Source: the human T2T-CHM13v2.0 reference genome, Homo sapiens
DNA length: 64,000 bases
Assembly: GCF_009914755.1 (NCBI RefSeq)
Contig: NC_060947.1
Direction: 5' to 3' (one strand)
Below the pieces are notes generated by a model that worked only from the letters and a program-made list of their open reading frames with translations, was not told the DNA's origin and did not search any database. A program made the translations under genes and the position numbers. Shown piece by piece: positions 1 to 39,927 of this stretch (positions are counted from its first letter, which is position 1; each line of letters opens with the position of its first letter).

Positions 1-3277
<3,277 letters not shown>

Positions 3278-3563
3278 TATTTTCTTCCCAGTTCGATGGA
3301 ATGTTGAGTAGGGCACGGGATCTATCTGCCATCTTGCTCCAATCATCTGGTTTTAGATATTGTATGTACTTTTGTCACTATATACGTGTAATTTTTCTCA
3401 ATTTGGTTTTCTAAATGGTTATTATTGGTATGTAGAAAACCTATCTATTACTGTATATAATATTTTGTTACCTGTCTGGGTGCAGCCTCCCCTGCATTTT
3501 GGCACAAGACTCAATCAGTTTTATTCTCCAAAAGAAAACTGACAGGCTGGGTGCGGTGGCTCA

Positions 3564-3869
<306 letters not shown>

Positions 3870-4486
3870 TCACATCACAGGCAATAGATAGCTATAAAAG
3901 GATACTTTATGAAAGATTTCACAGGAGAGACTGATGGAAAGAAAGAAGTATATATCTTACAGAGCTAAGCAGTTCACTGCAAAAATCAACAGAACTGCCT
4001 TTTTCTCCAAAAATAGTACCCCTAAGCTATATTACTACTGGTTCTTCTAGTCCTTCCCCCTATCCCAAATCCTCAAATTGTCCATTTCCTTATTGGGATA
4101 ATTTTCCTCTGCCCAGATCTGGGTCCTCCACAACACTTAACCCTGTCTTCGGGTGTTTGCATGCCCATTGTTTTAGCTCAGGTTCCCAAGGAAACAGGCT
4201 TTGGGCCATACAGGAAACATCTAGGCAGACTATACTGAGAAACCATGCCTGGAACGGTGCAGGGGGAGAGGAGAGGAGAGGCAATTTATGTAACTGACTC
4301 TCACTCCTGGTTCCTTTTCTTATTGGTCAAAATTTACCCCACAGGCATGAACTCCCCCACACTTCTAGATTGCATCATCTGCCCCTTTGACAGCTGTCTG
4401 GGAAGCCAGATCCCACACTTTGAAGCATAGTGTTTCATACAATCCCAAAGTGGTAGCAGAGGCCAGGCATGGTGCCTTACTCTGTA

Positions 4487-6082
<1,596 letters not shown>

Positions 6083-6091
6083 AAGAAAAGG

Positions 6092-9368
<3,277 letters not shown>

Positions 9369-10427
9369 GGATACACAAGCCGAAATATGCATTAAGCATG
9401 TCTTGCTCATCAACGAAAACGCTAATGTCTAACAGAATGGCACACTGCAAGAAAATACAGCGGAAACGCCAACATCGAACTCTTGGCACACTAAGAAAAA
9501 TGACGCTCAACTTTTCACTGTTGTGAACACTTGCTTTCACTTGCTATGCACCTGATGACGAGGGGTCCGCAGCCATGCCCATGTTCGTGAAAGGTCACCA
9601 CGTTCTGCTTCTCATCATGGGCATGTGTCATATCCCCGAGGCTGAGGCAAGAAGAGAGAAGGAAAGTAAGTGGCAGTGAGTTCCCACCACGTGACAACTC
9701 AATCTCAACTCCTCCTGACCTGCAGACCCTGCACACTCTGATTCTGCCCTACCTCAGGACCTGCACACACCTTCCACGGTTCCTCGAAGTGAACCATCTG
9801 TTCATGCCACAGTGACTTCTTCGCCTGGGTTTTCAATTCCTAGGCTAGAGGAAGGTGTGGCCCGCATATCAGGGCTGACCTGGGGTTTGGGAACCCACAG
9901 CATCCTGGGTAGGGAGCAACCTTGGATATACAGGGCAGGGAGTAGAAAGAGCATGGGAAATTGGCCGGGCATGGTGGCTCATGCCTGTAAACCCAGCACT
10001 TTGGGAGGCCGAGGCAGGTGGATCACGAGGTCAGGAGTTCAAGTCCAGCCTGACCAACATGGTGAAACCCCGTCTCTACTAAAAATGCAAAAATTACCCT
10101 GGTGTGGTGGTGTGCACCTGTAATCCCAGCTACTCAGGAGGCTGAGGCAGGAGAATTGCTTGAACCTGAGAGGCACAAGTTGCAGTGAGCCAAGATCGCG
10201 CCACTACACTCCCGCGTGGGCGACAGAGCAAGACTCCCTCTCAAAAAGGAAAAAAAATAGAAAGAAAGAGCATGGGAAATCTCATCATTCAGCCTCAATG
10301 CTGTACCCTAGAAAATTATGAGAAGGGAATGATTTGGGGAACAAGTGATAAGATGGGATACCAGTACCATAACAGAATAGTACATCTGCAAGGATGTGGA
10401 GGGTGGTCCGAAAGTTCACTTACGGAG

Positions 10428-18344
<7,917 letters not shown>

Positions 18345-18835
18345 GGCACTGGGAGCAGTCTCACCTACGAGAGAAACAGCCTGAGTCTTTCCAGCCTCAG
18401 GACCTTTGGTGCTCTGGGCGGGGTGGTGCACGCCTGTAGTCCCGGGGCCGAGGCGAGAGGATCGCTTGAGCCCAGGAGTTTTTTTTTTTTTTTTTTTTTT
18501 TGAGACAGGGTCTCGCTCTGTTGCCCAGGCTGTGTTGCAGTGGCGCGATCGTGGCTCACTGCAACCTCCGCCTCCCGGGTTCAAGCGATCCACCACCTGT
18601 GGGCCTCCAAAGTGCTGGGATTACAAGCGTGAGCCACCACGCCCAGCCCAGATTTTTTAAGTTACTACAGAGCTCCTAGGAAAAATCCCATACCTGAAAA
18701 AGTTAGAAACTGACAGGAAGAATTTGAGATGGCGACCTGCCTCACATAAATACATTATTAAAATTAGATAAGAAGTGCACCACGGCGGAGGGGAGGGGTA
18801 GGAAGAATGGAAAGAGAAAATCAGCGCATGCTTAC

Positions 18836-18873
18836 CCTGATTGTGGAAGAATCAAAAGGGCAAATCGGCGTGT
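18836..18873 (-). other. SSX4B: SSX4B non-coding exon 1 (5' end approximate)
   Basis: ...CCACAATCAGG|GTAAGC donor at 18835; matches recalled SSX 5' UTR. Confidence 0.8.
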
Positions 18874-19135
18874 GCGTACTCTGAATTTAAAGTAGCCAAT
18901 CCAAGGGGACGCTTTCGGCGGGAAAATCAGAGTCTCCCCTCCCCCCCGCCTTGGGAAGGTTCTGTCCCTAGAGCCTGGACTGACAGACGCCACATCAGCT
19001 TCCCTTGTTCCGCCTACTGTTCTGACTTCTAATTGGCCAGATGGAGTTCACTAACTGCCCTGATTGGTCCATCATCCTTGGGCAGTGACATTGCAGAATG
19101 TTGTCGCCTCCTCCAGCCACACTTTGTGCGACAAA
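18874..19135 (-). promoter_or_regulatory. SSX4B proximal promoter: CCAAT 18896-18900, E2F-like TTTCGGCGGGAAAA 18913-18926, ATTGG 19032-19036 and 19063-19067
   Basis: Motifs read directly; CpG-enriched; immediately upstream of exon 1. Confidence 0.6.
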
Positions 19136-19255
19136 GTGGGTGGTCCTCAGGCGCCATCAGGAGATTTTGAACTCTCTGAAGACCGTCCCTGGATCTTGGG
19201 TTAAACATCTGGATTCTAGTCTGAACCGTGGGAAGAAAAAATAGTCGATCTGTGA

Positions 19256-19896
<641 letters not shown>

Positions 19897-20017
19897 TTTT
19901 TGGAAGGGAATGTAAGTGTGGTGCGCACAATTACCATCCTTTACCTGTAGCCCTGGAGAGAGGAAAATGTATTTACTTATGGGATGTGATTGTGGTATTG
20001 GTTACATCCGCCTTGGT

Positions 20018-20757
20018 CAATCCTCCCATCTCATTCTCGGGACTACAGGCATGCACCACCCTGCCCAGGTTTGTTTTTGTTATTATTATTATTATTTTTT
20101 AGTTGAAACTGGGTTTCTCTATGTAGGCCAGGCTGGCCTCAACCTCCAGGGCTCAAGGGATCCTCCCGCCTCCTCAGCCTGGGGACCACAGGCATGCACC
20201 ACCCTGCCCACGGTATTTTTTTTGTTTTTCAGTAGAAACCGGGTTTTGCTATGTTGCACAGACTGGCCTCAACCTCCTGGGCTCAAGCAATGCTTCCACC
20301 TCAGCCTCGGGACCATAGGCGTGTGCCATTCTGCCCTGATAATTTTTTTTAGGAGAGACAGGCTTTCGCTATGTTGACCAGGCTGGTATCGACCTTCTGG
20401 GCTCAAGCAATCCTCCCACCTCAGCCTGGGAACTACAGGGGTGAGCCACCCCGCCCATGCTATTTTTGGTTGTTCTTCTTATTAGTAGAAATGGGGTTTC
20501 ACTATGTTGGCCAGGCTGGCCTTGACCTCCTGGGCTCAAGCAATCCTCCTGCCTCAGCCTCGGGACCACTGGCACACACCACCCAGCCCCCACTAATATC
20601 TTTAATTTTTCTAGTAGAGACAGTTTCGCTATGTTGTCCAGGCTGGTCTCTACCTCCTGGGTTCAAGTGATCCTCCTGCCTCGGCCTCGGGACTGCAGGC
20701 CTGCACCACCCTGCCTTTTGCTATGTTTCCCAGGCTGGTCTCAACCTCCTGGGTTCA
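20018..20757 (-). repeat. Tandem array of ~7 internally deleted Alu monomers, period ~120-135 bp
   Basis: Recurrent CTATGTTG..CAGGCTGG..TCAACCTCCTGGGCTCAAGCAATCCTCC..CCTCAGCCTCGGGAC..CAGGC..GCACCACCCTGCCC units separated by T-rich linkers. Confidence 0.85.
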
Positions 20758-20845
20758 CTCAATGATTTGAACCCGGGAAGGGGAGGTTGCATTGAGCTGA
20801 GATCCCACCACTGCACTCCAGCCTGGGTGACAGAGAAAAACTGTC

Positions 20846-21250
20846 GAAAAGAAAAGGAAGGGAAGGGAGAAGGGATGGGAGAAGGGAAGGGAGAAGGGAA
20901 GGGAAAGGAGAAGGGAAGGGAAGGGAAGGGAAGGGAAGGGAAGGGAAGGGAAGGGAAAGGAGAAGGGAAGGGAAGGGAAGGGAAGGGAAAGGAAGGGAAG
21001 GGAAGGGAAGGGAAGGGAAGGGAGAAGGGAAGCGAAAGGAGAAGGAAAAGGAAGGGAAGGGAGAACGGAAGGGAAGAAGGAAGGGAAGAAAGGGAAGGGA
21101 AGATGGGAAGGGAAGACAGGAAGGGAAGATGGGAAGGGAAGAAGGGAAGAGAAGAAGGAAGGGAAGGAAAGGGAAGAAGGAAGGGAAGGGAAGAAGGGAG
21201 GGAGGGAGGAAGGAAGGAAGGAAAGAAGGAAGGAAGGAAGGAAGGAAGGA

Positions 21251-21310
<60 letters not shown>

Positions 21311-21315
21311 AAAGA
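20846..21315 (+). repeat. Polypurine (GGGAA)n/(GGAA)n/(GAAA)n compound microsatellite grown from an Alu tail
   Basis: Direct reading. Confidence 0.97.
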
Positions 21316-21360
21316 ACCAGCTGAGTCTCCGTAAGAACAGTAAGCTTTGTGGTATTTTAA

Positions 21361-21513
<153 letters not shown>

Positions 21514-21749
21514 TGATACTCTGTGTCTGCGGTGCTGTGGAATGATAACATAATGCTGACCATTAAGCCAGGGGAACGTGGGTCCACATACGGTGGCAAT
21601 CCACTAGGCTGCCAAGTGGCCATCGCAGCCCTTGAAGTTTTAGAAGAAGAAAACCTTGCTGAAAATGCAGAAACAATGGGTATTCTCCTGAGAAATGAAC
21701 CCATGAAGCTACCTTCTGATGTTGTAACTGTTGTAAGAAGAAAATAATT

Positions 21750-25909
<4,160 letters not shown>

Positions 25910-26553
25910 TAAAAAATGAATACATATAGAAACAGATTAGTGAAAAAAAAAAATAGAAAGTCAAGAAACAGACTAAGTTATGTGCAAAATTCAGCATGCA
26001 TTTCCAAACACTGGGCAAAAGATGGGTTGTATAATAAACGATTGCTTGACAAGTGTCTATCCATTTGAAAAAATAAATATTAAAATACTTACTTTAAACC
26101 ACATAAAATAATAAATTCTAAAAATTCACTGACTTAAATGTGAAAACGTGAAGTCATAAAGAACTAGACGAAAATTTAGGAAAATATTACAGTGTAAGAC
26201 ATTTTGAGTTGGCATAGGCACTTCCTGACATTACACCAAGGCTATGAACAATGAATCTGACATACTTAAAGATGTAAAAATTAAAGTATCATCTAAGTCA
26301 AAAGACACCATAAACAACTGTGTAAAGAGGCAAATTTTGGAGAAAATGGTGAAGCATCCGCAGTAAAAGTAACCATCTCTAATATACGACAAAGCTTTTG
26401 CATATCATAAGAGAAATTGGAACAACCCAATGAAAAACTTCAGGCACGGCACTACTTCACTGTATAGTAGAAAACGATTACGAAATAGAAAGTATGAAAG
26501 TAAAATAATAAAGGAAATGGAGAATAGATCCCAGAAGTTTCACCGTTCATCTA

Positions 26554-26835
<282 letters not shown>

Positions 26836-26940
26836 CTACACCCTGGGTGACAGAGCAAAACTACGTCACAAAAGTGAAAAAAATAAAAAAAAGAATATTA
26901 AGACTGGGGAGAAGGCAGTACTTGAAGAAATAATGTTCTA

Positions 26941-27210
<270 letters not shown>

Positions 27211-27528
27211 TCAAAAAATGTATATGTAACTAAGACAATTTTTGAAAAAGAAGAATAAGGTGGGAGGAATGGCTCTACCATATTTCAATACTTCTTATAT
27301 AGCTACAGGAATCAAGACTGTGTAGTATTGGGAGAAGAATAGACACATAGATCACTGGAACAAAACAGAGAACCTGGAAATTGCCCCACACTGATTTTCC
27401 CCAAGAGACAAAAAGAAGGATCGTCTGCTTAACAAATGGTGCTGGAGCAGTTGCATATCCATAGACAAAACAACAACAACAACAACAACAACAAACAAAC
27501 AAACAACAACAAGAAAACACCTAATCTT

Positions 27529-27677
27529 CATATATATATACATATATATATACATATATATACACATATATATATACATATATATACACATATATATACA
27601 CATATATATACATATATATACACATATATATATACATATATATACACATATATATATACATATATATATACATATAT
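27529..27677. repeat. (TA)n/(TATACA)n microsatellite
   Basis: Direct reading; absent at paralogous sites ~25275 and ~51565. Confidence 0.95.
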
Positions 27678-27966
27678 TAAAAACTCAAGTGGCTCATAGA
27701 TTTAAATCTAAAATATAACACTAAAAAAACTTTTACAAGAAAGAGTAGGAGAAACGTCTGAGATCTAGGCATAGTGAACGGTTCAAAAAGCATAATCCAT
27801 AAGGAAAAAAATAAATTAGATTTCATCCAATTTAACTTTTGCTCTGTAGAAACCGTGTTAAAAGGATGAAAAAACAGGGTGTAAAGTGGGAGAAAATGTT
27901 TGCAAACCACGTATCCAAGAAAGGACTCACATCCAGAATATATAACGGATACGTATAGTACTCTCA

Positions 27967-28305
<339 letters not shown>

Positions 28306-28889
28306 TCAATTAGAAAATTATGAAGATATATGAACATACATTTCACTGAAGAGGAAATAAGCAAATAAGCACATGAAAGGCTGTTCAACACTTACTTGCT
28401 TCACTAGATGCAAATTAAGACCACGATGAGGCATCACTACACACTTATTACAACAGCTAAAATGAAAGACATAGTGACAATACGAAATGCTGGAAAGGAT
28501 GCACAGAAACTGGACATCTAGTAAAATGCTGCTGAGAGGGTAAAATCTTACAGCCACTCTGGAAAGCAGTTTGGTAGTTTCTTATAAAACTAAACATGCA
28601 GTGACCATACAATTCATCAATTACCACTTCATAGAAATTAAAATTTATCCCCATCCAGAAACTTGTACATAATTGTTCATAGCAGCTTTATTTGTAATAG
28701 CCAAATAGCCGGATATAATCAATATGTCCAACAATAGGTGAATGGTGAAACTGTGGTACATCCATACCATGTAATACTACTCAGTAATAAAAATGAACCA
28801 TTGGCCGTGCGCGGTGGCTCACACTTGTAATCCCGGTATTTTGGGAAGCCGAGGCAGGCAGATCATGAGGTCAGGAGGCAAGTAGATCA

Positions 28890-29199
<310 letters not shown>

Positions 29200-29363
29200 C
29201 TAAAATGTTATATACTATGAGATTTCATTTGTACAGCATTGTAGAAAAGATAAAATTGTAGAAATGAAAAATAGATTAGTGGTTGTCAGGGGTTAGGGAT
29301 GGTGGATAGGAGGAGAGTGAGTATTACTAAAAATGAGTAGCACAAGGGATGGCATTGTGGTGA

Positions 29364-29609
<246 letters not shown>

Positions 29610-29694
29610 TGACCTCAAGTGATCTGCCTACCTTGGCCTACCAATGTGCTGGGATTACAGGCGTGAACCACTGCACCTGGCCATGTTCTGTATC

Positions 29695-30553
29695 TTTTTT
29701 TTTTTTTCTGAAATATAAGCTTTATTTTAAATTTAAAGAAATATTAAAAATAAACGTTTTTTACAAATTATAATCAAGCACTCAAAACAATTTAGGAATT
29801 TTAAACACTAATTCTTAATTCAAAATAATGACAACCATAGAATACATTCTGGTGTTCGCCAATATGAAGTTTACTTAATATTAGTATTTTACATATGACT
29901 AACCATTCATCCTTCCTAAAATTCAATGATAACAGTGATTTGACTTTACAAGGTGAAGTCTTTTATGTAATACTCCATAGATAACTTTTTCAAATACAAA
30001 ACATTTATACCAGCAAGGAAATTATAAAAACATATATAAAGTATACTGAAGGACGTGATTTAAAGGCTGTTCTGTATACATAGATACGTTTTACCTTAGA
30101 AAGTACAGATGCACATCAAAACACCTTCACTGAATATAGATGCCATTACATTCTCTTACTTACGTTAGGAAGCAAAAGGCAGGTTCATAAACGTTGTTCT
30201 ATTGTGTATCAACTGAAAAAAATGGATATTCCACACAAAGGCTTTGAAGACACATGGGAGTGGAATGTGCCTACATTTAGAGCAGAGCTTTTACAAGACC
30301 ACCTGTCTCCAGCCGGCTCCCAGGGACCACTGAAAACAGCTGCTACCCTCAGAAAGACAAGATGGTCTTGTTAATGATTTCACTGGACTCTCGAATCTCA
30401 TCCTCCTTGATCACCAGTGGAGGCACAAACCTGATGATGTCACCATGGGTTGGCTTGGCCAGAAGTCCATTATCTCGAGTCTTTGAATCACCTTCCAGGC
30501 ATCACGATCTTTGGTTTCTTTAATAACAATAGCGTTTAATACTTCTTTTCCTC
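29695..30553 (-). pseudogene. Processed OAT pseudogene copy 3 (C-terminal coding fragment, 3' UTR and A-tail)
   Basis: [11 protein letters not shown]...[29 protein letters not shown] on the minus strand; polyT at 29695-29707. Confidence 0.93.
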
Positions 30554-30615
30554 ACTGGGCATGGTGGCTCACGCCTCTAATCCCAGCATTTTGGGAGGCC
30601 TAGGCAGGTGGATCC

Positions 30616-34570
<3,955 letters not shown>

Positions 34571-34659
34571 GTTAAAGCAGAGCCCTGCTTAGCAATGCAC
34601 AAAAATTCTCCTTTGTGACCCATTCATTTTACTGCTGTTGGCTTTCTTGCTTATGCTTT

Positions 34660-35415
34660 CAGACAGAGACACTCTCCTTTGACCAAACTTGAATCGGGCT
34701 CCTCTGAGTCCTGTTTCTGACTAGGTCTCAACCTCAGGCTCTGTCCTTCATCCAGGGACTCTGCCCATTTAGCCTTTTTCAGCAAAAAACCTGTCAAGTC
34801 GGTTTAGCCAGAATCCCCCTGCACCTGAGGCTTCCTCCAAGTAATTTCCCATCTTCTGACCCCCGGCTCCTACTCCCTGACTACAAATCCCCACTTGTCC
34901 TTGTGGAGTTGAAGTCGATCCCAATATCACTCTCCCACTGCAAGACCCCATTGCAGTGGTCCCTGTACCTATCACAGTAGTCCCCCCTCTGAGTAAAATC
35001 GTCCTTACGATCTTTTTTTTTTTTTATTTTCAGAGACAAAGTCTCACTCTGTAACTCAGGCTGGAGGGCAGTGACCCAATCCTAGCTCACTGCAGCCTGA
35101 AATTCCAGGGCCCAAGCAATCTTCCTGCCCCAGCCTCCCAAGTAGCTGGAACTACAGGTACGCACCACCACACCCAGGTATTTTTTTTTTTCAGTTCTCT
35201 ACAGACGCAGGAACTTGATGTGCCCGGCGGATTTTTCTATTTTTTGTAGAGACAGGGTTTCACCATGTTGCCCAAGCTGGTCTTGAACTCCTGGGCTCAA
35301 CCAATCCTCTTGCCTCGGGCACCCAAAGTTCTGGGATTACAGGCATGAGCCACTGCAGCTGACCCTTCCTTACAGTCTTTAATAAGTGCAATAAATACTT
35401 GTTTGCTTTAACATT
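34660..35415 (+). mobile_element. MER31/MER67-like solo LTR interrupted by Alus
   Basis: GACAGAGACACTCTCCTTTGACCAAACTT...GGCTCCTCTGAG start; AATAAA near 35381-35395. Confidence 0.55.
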
Positions 35416-36070
35416 TCCCTGTGTCTTCAATCTCCTGAAGTCTTACATGCTTGACATTGTATTTTCCTCTGTAAGTAACCTGCTATTTCTCTCCGATCAT
35501 TTTAAAATATTTTTTCCTTGTCTTTCACAATTTTACATTTCACTGTTCCTGTGTGTGTACTATAATACCTTTAAATCTTAAGTCATTTTTTTAAATCTGA
35601 GGAATTCTCATTGATTACTTATTTAAGTACACTCTCCTTTTTAATGACTATATTCTCTTCTTATAAGGCTACTATTAGATGTGTTTTGACATTTATTCTT
35701 CTATCCTCCCTATTAATTAACTTTTCTTTCATTTACTTCTTCTCTATCCATTACCGATTACTTTCATGAATTCTTTAGACGCATTTCCTCAGCTCAGTAA
35801 TTGCTTTTTCAACTCTATCAGTTTTAATATCCAATCTATTCCACCAAATAATTTATTTGAGCAGTTAATGTTTTCATATCCAATCTATCCAATAGTTTTT
35901 CTTTTTATTTATTTATTTATTTATTCATTTATTCGTTTGAGATAGAGTCTTGCTCTGTCACCCAGGCTGGAGTGCAGTGGCACCATCTTGGCTCACTGAA
36001 CCTCTGCCTCCCGAGTCCAAGCAATTCTCCTGCCTCAGCCTCTTGAGTAGCTGGAACCACAGGCATGTGA

Positions 36071-36346
<276 letters not shown>

Positions 36347-39300
36347 TGAGTAGCTGGAGTTACAGGTGTGCACCACCACGCCCAACTACTTTTATATTTT
36401 TAGTAGAGATGGGGTTTCACCATGTTGGCCAGGCTGGTCTTAAACTGCTGACCTCAGGTGATCCTCCCACCACAGCCTTCCAAAATGCTGGGATTATAGG
36501 TGTGAGCCACCCTGCCTGGGCTGTCAGATAGTTTTTCTATATAACCCTTTCTTCCTGGGAAGATGTGTAAGCCCAGACACTCCATGTGAGTTTTAGGGTT
36601 TCTGGATTGATAGGTCGTAGGATAGGGAGCCTCTAGAGCTGAGCTGAGCCAATTCTTTCCAGTCCCTAGCCTATGAGCCCCCAGAGACCCTTACAGGATT
36701 TCTGCCTTACAGCGTGGAGGGGGTCTACGGGTGAGTGATACCGGTTGTAATTGCGTAGCTCAGAGGGCAGAGGGAGAAGTAGGAAAGGAATGCTCAGTTA
36801 CTGACCAGCTTTGATGAGTCTGCACTTTTTCTAGGAGCTTTCCAAGCCCCTTATTCTTTAATGTTATCAGGCCACTTTGGGCTAGCACTGGGCCAGCCCT
36901 GCCAAGTTTCTGCTCTGTATGTTTACAGAACAGGTAATAAGCCTTCTAGAAAATAAGGAGAAAAAAAGAATGCAACTTAGAAAGCTCCGCCTGGGCTGAT
37001 TCTCCATCTGTGGCCTCTGACCTTTCCCACTCTAAGCCATCTCATCCCCCAGTGGGGCTAAACCATCAAGGGTTTTGTTACTGGGAACTGTTCTGAACTC
37101 CAACCACTTCCCACCTCTTCTGTGGCATCTGCAGGGTTGGGTTTGGGAAAGAAGCCAGCAGCTATTCCTGGTTCACCATCTTCTTCTTGAACCAGATATG
37201 CCTTTACATTTTAAAAGTAATTTGAAGTCATTACTAACAACACCTAAAAGATATATACTAACTTAACCACATGACAGGCGCTATTCTAAGTGCTTTACAC
37301 GTACTTACCCATTTAATCATAGCAATCAAGTGAGTTAGATAGTGTGGTTATCCCCAGTTTACTCTTGAGTAGCCTGAAACACGGAAAGGTTATATGAGTT
37401 ACACAAGGTCACATACCTTAATAAGTTGAGAAGCCAGAAACTGAACCCAAGCTGTCTGGCTCCAGAGTTTGCACTCTAAAATACTAGCGTTAAGTGGGCA
37501 CAGTGACTCACTCCTATAATCCCACCACTTTGAGAGGCTGAGGTGGGAGGATTGCTTGAGGATAAGAGTTCAAGATCATCCTGGGCAACATAGGAAAACA
37601 CTCTCTCTACCAAAAAAACAAATTTTTAATTAGCCAGCCTTGGTGGTGCACGCCTGTAGTCCCAGCTACATGGGAGGTTGAGGCAGGAGGATCACTTGAG
37701 CTGAAGAGGCTGGGGCTACAGTGAGCCATGATTGTGCTATGGAACTCTAGCCTGGGCAACAGAGTGAGGCCGTCTCTAAAATAAAACAAAATAAAATGCT
37801 AATGCTTTTAGCCACTCTACCATTCTATCATTCATTAGTGTCGGTATCCATTCCTTGAACAACAAAAGAACTTCTCTTTTTTTTTCCTGTCCCTCGTCCC
37901 ATCTTCCATGTTTATAATACTGGGAATTTTATTTCAAGACTATAATTTTTTAAGTTTACAATCAAAAGTTTACACTGTTTAATAAATTTTACTATTTTTC
38001 TTCTAACAATTGCTTATTGAAATCACCTTCCTCTTAAATTTACTTTTCTTTTCTCATAGGGCTGTATACCAATAATTATTTCTGAAGGGTATATGTGTCA
38101 TTAATTTTCTGAACTATTTTTTCCCTCATTGTGGATTATCCTGGCTGTATACAGATATCTAGGTTCAACTTTTTTTGTTTGTTTGTTTTTGTTTTGTTTT
38201 GTTGTTCTGAGACAGTGCCTGGCTCTGTCACCCAGGCTGGAATGCAGTGGCACCATCTCAGCTCATGGCAATCTCCACCTCCTGGACTCAGAGATTCTCC
38301 TGCCTCAGCCTTCCAAGTAGCTGGGACTGCAGGCACGTGGCACCACACCTAGCTACTTGTTGTATTTTTTGTACAGATGGGTTTCGCCGTGTTGGCCAGG
38401 CTGGTCTCAAACTCCTGAGCTCAAGCAATCCTCCCGTCTCAGCTTCCCAAAGTGCTGAGACTACAGGCGTGAGCTACTGCACCTGGCCCAAACTTATTTT
38501 TAATCAGCTCCTTGAAAAACTTCTCCATTGCATTCTCTCTTCTCTCTTTCTCTCTGGGACCTTTCAGGATTTTATCTCTATCCTAGAAATTTTACTCCAA
38601 GGGTGTGTGTGTGTGTGCGTGCACGCAGGTGTGTGTGCACATGTGTGTTAGGCTCAGAACTAGATGGCTCTTTTCAGTTTGAAGATTCATGTCTTTGTTC
38701 AGTTCAGAAAATTCTAGAATGTTATTTCTTTAAGTAGTGCCTTCTCTCCAGTCTTTCTATTGTTTTGTTGTTGTTGTTGTTACTTTTTTTTTCATTTTTG
38801 ACGGAGTTTTGCTGTGACACCCAGGTTGAAGTACAGCGGCAGGACCTCAGCTCACTGCAACCTCCGCTTCCTGGGTTCAAGTGATTCTTCTGCCTCAGCC
38901 TCCCACATGGCTGAGATTTCAGGCACCTACCACCACACCTGGCTAATTTTTGTATTTTTAGTAGAGACAGGGTTTCACCATGTTGGACATGTTTTAGATC
39001 ATAGTTATCAGCAGCATAATAATAAAATGAGGCTATCATTGTACAGAGATGTTAAAGAATTTTCCTGGGGCACAGTGGCAGTGGTAGTCTAATCCAGAGC
39101 TCCAAGCCATTTAAAGCTCATTCACGTTTGCATTTGTTTATGAAGTTCAGATGTTGCTCACTAGGGCTTCACCCCATAGGGCCTCCTGGTGCTTCCGTTG
39201 AGACACCCACTCTCGCAACAGGAAGGACCAGCTGGCCTCTGCTCTGTTACCGGGGCCACTCACATGGCTTAGGAATCGCTTTGACTGTTGGCCCCTCCCT

Positions 39301-39681
39301 ACTGTGAGCTCCTTGATGGCCTTGTGTGCACCTGGGGCATCTGAGAAGCCCCAGTCCCAGCCCAGGGGATCCTCGGAGGCCCCTGAATGAGTGACCCCAC
39401 AAGTGCAGATTCAACTCTGGTTTAGAGGGTAAAGGGATCTGGGATTGGGTTGCCAGTATGGAGGCCAAATTCAAAGAAGGATCATGAAAGGTATTAATTG
39501 TTATTATTACTACACATAAACAGTGTTTACAAGCTCAGAGAGGACTTTCCCTTAGCCTATTTTACATGTATTATTCACTATTTCATAAGTGAGGAAGCTG
39601 AATAAAAAGTAGCTTAAGGGCCGGGCGCGGTGTCTCACAACTGTAATCCCAGCACTTTGGGAGGCTGAGGTGGGCAGATCA

Positions 39682-39927
<246 letters not shown>

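Noticed and set aside
20018-20757. CRISPR-like or SVA VNTR interpretation of the periodic array
   Set aside because: Units are Alu-derived with T-rich linkers; no unique spacers, cas genes, hexamer head or SINE-R
27352-27699. YI/HI-repeat ORFs
   Set aside because: Translations of the (TA)n/(TATACA)n microsatellite
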